Source: a candidate division WOR-3 bacterium (GTDB lineage: Bacteria > Hydrothermota > Hydrothermia > JBDRYB01). Taken from it: a stretch of 37,075 nt of DNA. The translations under genes were made by a program, and so were the position numbers. Positions 33,455-37,075 of the stretch are shown in pieces (the first letter of the stretch is position 1; each line of letters starts with the position of its first letter). The notes beneath the pieces were generated by a model. It saw only the letters and a program-made list of their open reading frames with translations, ran no database searches and had not been told where the DNA came from. The stretch covers positions 1 to 37,075 of the forward strand of contig JBMFOM010000008.1 in NCBI GenBank assembly GCA_049969615.1. Direction: 5' to 3'.

Positions 33455-34215
33455 GACTGGCTTTCGGCTGTTTGCTCCTTGCTCTCGGCTCAGGCGGGGG
33501 AATTCCTGACCTCCCTGAGAGGCTTGAGGCTATAGGGGATTTTTGGGCCGCGGCAAATGAATATCTGAGAGAGGGCGACACGGTTTCCGCATCAGATTGC
33601 CTCCTCTCTGCTGGCGACACAGCAGGGGCTATGGGCATTTTAGCCGGCAGGACAGACACACCTTCCGTCATCCTCAAGGCAAGGGTCTATCTCTCTCAGT
33701 GGCGGATAAACGAGGCCTTGGGCACGATGGATGGACTTGAGGGCTATGGTCCGGCTGATTCCCTTTCGGTTTTAGCGTGCCTGATGCTCATGGATTTTGA
33801 ATCCGCAAAAAGGTCGGCCCATGGGGACTCCGGACTCCTGGATGTCATAGATTTTGCGGACAGAACAGCTCCAATGCTTTATTCGCCAATTTCAGCGGCC
33901 AGGTTGTCTTGTCTTCCGGGACTCGGGCACTTCTATGTGGATGAACCCCTGAGAGGCATCTGGGCCTTGGTTTTGAATGCTGGCATAGTGGGATTCATGG
34001 GCTACTCAGTCTACAGAGGCATGACAACCAACAGATCCTATTACATGGATGCCCTTTTGACCTATAATTTCTTCTTCAATCGGTTTTACGGGGGCGCTGG
34101 TGCGAGCGCGGAGCGAGCGGCAAGGGACCGGAATGAGAAACTGCTTGATGCATGGCTCAAGGACATCGCGAGCCAGAAAGGTTTTGATCCAGTGGGGATC
34201 TGGAGAGAAAATTGA
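33451..34215 (+). CDS. Paralogous helical-repeat protein with TM2/DUF5683-like hairpin
   Basis: Signal-like N-terminus; AARLSCLPGLGHFYV motif, hydrophobic helix, A-rich AERAARDRN tail; ATGA overlap with the previous gene. Confidence 0.7.
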   Translation: MRLAFGCLLLALGSGGGIPDLPERLEAIGDFWAAANEYLREGDTVSASDCLLSAGDTAGAMGILAGRTDTPSVILKARVYLSQWRINEALGTMDGLEGYGPADSLSVLACLMLMDFESAKRSAHGDSGLLDVIDFADRTAPMLYSPISAARLSCLPGLGHFYVDEPLRGIWALVLNAGIVGFMGYSVYRGMTTNRSYYMDALLTYNFFFNRFYGGAGASAERAARDRNEKLLDAWLKDIASQKGFDPVGIWREN

Positions 34216-34255
34216 TCCTGCTTGTTCCGATGGGGCATAATATAAGCGTTATCAG

Positions 34256-34939
34256 ATGAACCCAGTTGAGATCGCAAACAATCTCAAACAAGTTAAGGCC
34301 AACATAGCCGAGGCCTGTGCCCGTGCTGGCCGAAAACCTGATGAGGTTCGTCTGCTCCTGATCACCAAGACATTTCCACCTGAGACAATAAGGGTCGCAT
34401 ACGACCTCGGCCACAGGCTATTTGGGGAAAACCGTGTTCAGGAGGCCGGGGATAAGATAAAAAGCTTGCCTCCGGACATCACTTGGCACATGGTCGGCCA
34501 CCTCCAGACCAACAAGGTCAGGCGCGCGCTTGATCTATTTTCGGTGATTGAGTCGCTGGACAGGTTTCCCCTGGCCGAGGAGATCAACAAGAGGGCAACT
34601 AGGTCTATCCCGTGTTTGATTGAGGTCAACACATCCGGTGAAGGATCCAAACATGGCATCGCGCCAGGAGAGGCGAGATTTTTGGCTGAGAAGATCCTCG
34701 GCTTGCCGAAAATAAAGCTGGTTGGCCTCATGACCCTCGGGCCATATCCGGTCTCCGAGAAAGCATCAAGAAACGCGTTCGCCCTTCTCAGGAAGTTGAG
34801 GGATGGGATTGAGACCGAGCTCGGGATCAGCTTGCCCGTGCTCTCAGAGGGAATGAGCGAGGACTATATCTGGGCAATTGAGGAGGGCGCAACAGAGATC
34901 AGGCTCGGCAGGGCGGTTTTCGGCCCGCGGGGGTCTTGA
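34256..34939 (+). CDS. yggS: PLP homeostasis protein YggS
   Basis: ITKT, FGENRVQE, WHMVGHLQTNKV, EVNTSGEGSKHG, GMSEDY, IRLGRAVFG. Confidence 0.95.
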   Translation: MNPVEIANNLKQVKANIAEACARAGRKPDEVRLLLITKTFPPETIRVAYDLGHRLFGENRVQEAGDKIKSLPPDITWHMVGHLQTNKVRRALDLFSVIESLDRFPLAEEINKRATRSIPCLIEVNTSGEGSKHGIAPGEARFLAEKILGLPKIKLVGLMTLGPYPVSEKASRNAFALLRKLRDGIETELGISLPVLSEGMSEDYIWAIEEGATEIRLGRAVFGPRGS

Positions 34940-34967
34940 CCTCCTACAGGCAACGAGTGAGCCTGGG

Positions 34968-35777
34968 CTAAAATTCAAGCGAAATGTCTGTCCAACCCCT
35001 CATTATCCAGCCTGAGGATATGAAATTGACTCCGGCCTCAGCATAGGCCCTGGCATTCTCCGGGGTTATTCCACCGGAGGCCTCAATCTTTATCCAGCCA
35101 TCGGTGAACCGGACAGCCTCGCGAGCCATCTCGGGGCTGAAGTTATCCAGCATGATGATGTCTGGTTGGGCGAGAAACGTCTCTTCAAGTTGTTCCCAGC
35201 TCTGGACCTCAACCTCAACCAGGCGCACGGGCCAGGAGGACCTGGCCGTTTCAACTGCTTTCTTGATACTGCCGGCGGCTATTATGTGATTGTCCTTTAT
35301 GAGAACCATATCCTCCAGGCTCATCCTGTGGTTTCGGCCTCCGCCAGCGCGAACCGCGTGTTTCTGGAACTCCCGGAGGCCGGGGATGGTCTTTCTGGTG
35401 TCAAGGACAACACAGCCGGTTTCCTCAATAGCCTTGACCATCTCCCTGGTCCTGGCCGCTGTACCGCAGGTTATTGCCAGGAGGTTGAGGGCAACGCGCT
35501 CGGCCGAAAGAAGCGCTCTAGTTTCTGCCTCAACCCAGGCTATCTCTCCGGGCGCGAACTCAGCGCCTTCCGGCACAAGGGATTCTCCACGGGCCGCAGG
35601 GTCCAGTATCCTGAAGGCCTCAAGGAAAAACTCAAAACCAGCCATGACACCGGGAACCCTGGCCATAACCCTTGGCCTAGACTTACCATTAGGCACAATC
35701 GCTGATGTGGTTATGTCAAAGAACGCGGCATCCTCTTCCAGGAATTCCTTTATCTTTTTTCTGAAGAAAGGATTCAT
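34968..35777 (-). CDS. nadC: Nicotinate-nucleotide diphosphorylase (quinolinate phosphoribosyltransferase)
   Basis: ERVALN, DTRKTIPG, NHRM, LIKDNH, EVEV, IMLDN, EASGGI. Confidence 0.95.
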   Translation of the reverse strand: MNPFFRKKIKEFLEEDAAFFDITTSAIVPNGKSRPRVMARVPGVMAGFEFFLEAFRILDPAARGESLVPEGAEFAPGEIAWVEAETRALLSAERVALNLLAITCGTAARTREMVKAIEETGCVVLDTRKTIPGLREFQKHAVRAGGGRNHRMSLEDMVLIKDNHIIAAGSIKKAVETARSSWPVRLVEVEVQSWEQLEETFLAQPDIIMLDNFSPEMAREAVRFTDGWIKIEASGGITPENARAYAEAGVNFISSGWIMRGWTDISLEF

Positions 35778-35861
35778 GCTGTCTCCCTCCTGGGATGAAA
35801 GGGTCCCAACTCAGCTTGAGGTCCGGGAAACCCTTTGGGATGGGCATAACGAAAGACGGGA

Positions 35862-36725
35862 TCATGCCTCCACCGTGGCCTCTTTCTTCTCTGGTTCCTC
35901 CGGTGTCTTCTTTATTGTGCCTAGCCTATCTATGATGCATGCGGTTGGACATGAATCAATCACGGCCTGGGCGGCCGAATCAACCGCGGCCGGATCGTCT
36001 ATGACCGCGAGGAAGTTGTCCATGCGAATAGCGCCCTCAGGCGCGGCCTTCACACACTTCGTGCAGGCTATACAGGATACCTTGCAGATTTTTCGCGCGA
36101 CAGCGCCTTTGTCGTGGTTGACGCAACGGATGAGAACCCTCTGGGTCTTTGGAACCAACTGCATTATACCCCTGGGGCAAGCCTCAACGCACTTTCCGCA
36201 GGCCGTGCACTTCTCCTCTATGACAACCGGAAGCCCATCATCACCCATGAACATGGCGTCAAACGGGCACGCGTCAACGCAGTCTCCGAGGCCAAGACAT
36301 CCATAGGTGCAGGCCTTGTGCCCTCCGGTAACGAGGTGCTCCTCACGACAACTGGCCGCGCCGATGTATATTGCCCTGTCCTCGGCCAGGTCAGGGGTTC
36401 CACCGCATAAAACCACCGCTACCTTCGGGGTAACCGCGGCCGCCTCAACACCGAGTATGGCAGCTATGCGCTCAACCGAATCCTGGCCCCCTGGCGCACA
36501 GAGGTCAATGGGAACCTTGCCCTCCTTCTTTACTAATGCCTCCGCGTATTGCCTGCAACCAGGATAGCCGCATCCGCCGCAGTTTGCGCCAGGCAAGGAA
36601 TCGTTTATAGCATCTATCCGAGGGTCTTCTTTTACAGCGAGTCTGGTGTAGGCGACAAAGAGAAAGACAGCGAAAAAGAGGGCCATGATGCCCATCCCAA
36701 TCAAAGAGACAATGAGCGTATTCAT
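35862..36725 (-). CDS. rnfB: RnfB-like membrane-anchored polyferredoxin
   Basis: N-terminal TM helix, LPGANCGGCGYPGC, CAPGG, KACTYGCLGLGDCVDACP and further ferredoxin motifs. Confidence 0.9.
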   Translation of the reverse strand: MNTLIVSLIGMGIMALFFAVFLFVAYTRLAVKEDPRIDAINDSLPGANCGGCGYPGCRQYAEALVKKEGKVPIDLCAPGGQDSVERIAAILGVEAAAVTPKVAVVLCGGTPDLAEDRAIYIGAASCREEHLVTGGHKACTYGCLGLGDCVDACPFDAMFMGDDGLPVVIEEKCTACGKCVEACPRGIMQLVPKTQRVLIRCVNHDKGAVARKICKVSCIACTKCVKAAPEGAIRMDNFLAVIDDPAAVDSAAQAVIDSCPTACIIDRLGTIKKTPEEPEKKEATVEA

Positions 36726-36732
36726 TGGGGCA

Positions 36733-36765
36733 AATTATAATCCATTGCCTGCGCGGGATCAAACA
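36733..36765 (-). promoter_or_regulatory. rnfB promoter TTGATC-N17-TATAAT
   Basis: Near-consensus, 8 nt upstream of the ATG, no SD; 28/33 identical to the iorA promoter. Confidence 0.7.
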
Positions 36766-36800
36766 GCCGGGCATACCCAAGGTAATGGTTCTAAGTCTTT

Positions 36801-36825
36801 GAAACCCCTAAAACCCCGGTTTGTC
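36801..36825 (-). repeat. Partial module C copy
   Basis: GAAACCCCTAAAACCCCGGTTTGTC versus GAAACCCCTGAAAAATCCCGGTTTGTC at 32219-32245. Confidence 0.6.
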
Positions 36826-36890
36826 AAAACCGCGCTTGAGCGGCTTGCCCCGATGGGTTTATAATTTTCAGACCAACGGAGGTTAAAGAG

Positions 36891-37075
36891 ATGTTTATCA
36901 TAGCTTTACTATCCTTGGCCTTCAAGGCAGAGACCACGAAACTCGGTGAATACGGGCCTTATGCGAACATGGGAGGTTTAATTGGCTCTGCCGACGGGTC
37001 TGCCTGGGGATTTAGGGCCTGGAAGGCCGATGGCAAGCGGTATGTCATCGTAAACGGCAAGGAATGGGGGCCGTA
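36891..37075 (+). CDS. Partial CDS (runs off window): secreted beta-propeller-like repeat protein
   Basis: Promoter TTGAGC-N18-TATAAT, SD GGAGGT, open frame MFIIALLSLAFKAETTKLGEYGPY...SADGSAWGFRAWKADGKRYVIVNGKEWGP. Confidence 0.7.
   Translation, partial: MFIIALLSLAFKAETTKLGEYGPYANMGGLIGSADGSAWGFRAWKADGKRYVIVNGKEWGP

Noticed and set aside
35810-35864. Selenocysteine read-through of the rnfB TGA with a SECIS hairpin
   Set aside because: The TGA follows a charged tail at a natural C-terminus, not a Cys-equivalent position, and read-through adds only a short peptide with no recognisable similarity.

Overview
A 37 kb bacterial chromosomal window with two parts. The left part (1-6.1 kb) is an accessory zone of three secreted proteins with T9SS/FlgD-like C-terminal tails: an Asp-box beta-propeller, an unknown beta-rich protein and a GH18 hydrolase. 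These genes sit among non-coding repeats. The rest is mostly housekeeping and energy metabolism: a split complex I operon (nuoG-N only), ymdB, an internally deleted fumarase-alpha relic plus intact two-subunit class I fumarase, birA-coaX-thyX, a GT2/WecD-like pair, a DUF1828-like gene, Yip1, hypC-hypE, iorAB, recF-dciA-gyrB, a yidD-paralog/TPR/TPR/yggS cluster, nadC, a lone rnfB and a partial secreted repeat protein. The tails, very short signal peptides and AGG/ATA-rich codon usage suggest an FCB-related lineage such as candidate phylum WOR-3 (inference only). The most unusual signals are non-coding. The 1 kb spacer at 2844-3871 is a patchwork of at least five modules that each recur elsewhere in the window, and it holds a Xer/dif-like site. 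Direct and inverted copies of these modules bracket the secreted-protein genes like cassettes. Promoters follow a TTGAnn-N18-TAnAAT pattern, many transcripts look leaderless, iorA and rnfB have nearly identical promoters, and a poly-G tract lies in the promoter spacer of the DUF1828-like gene. No rRNA, tRNA, CRISPR array, transposase or integrase gene was seen. All calls come from reading motifs by eye; no database searches were run.
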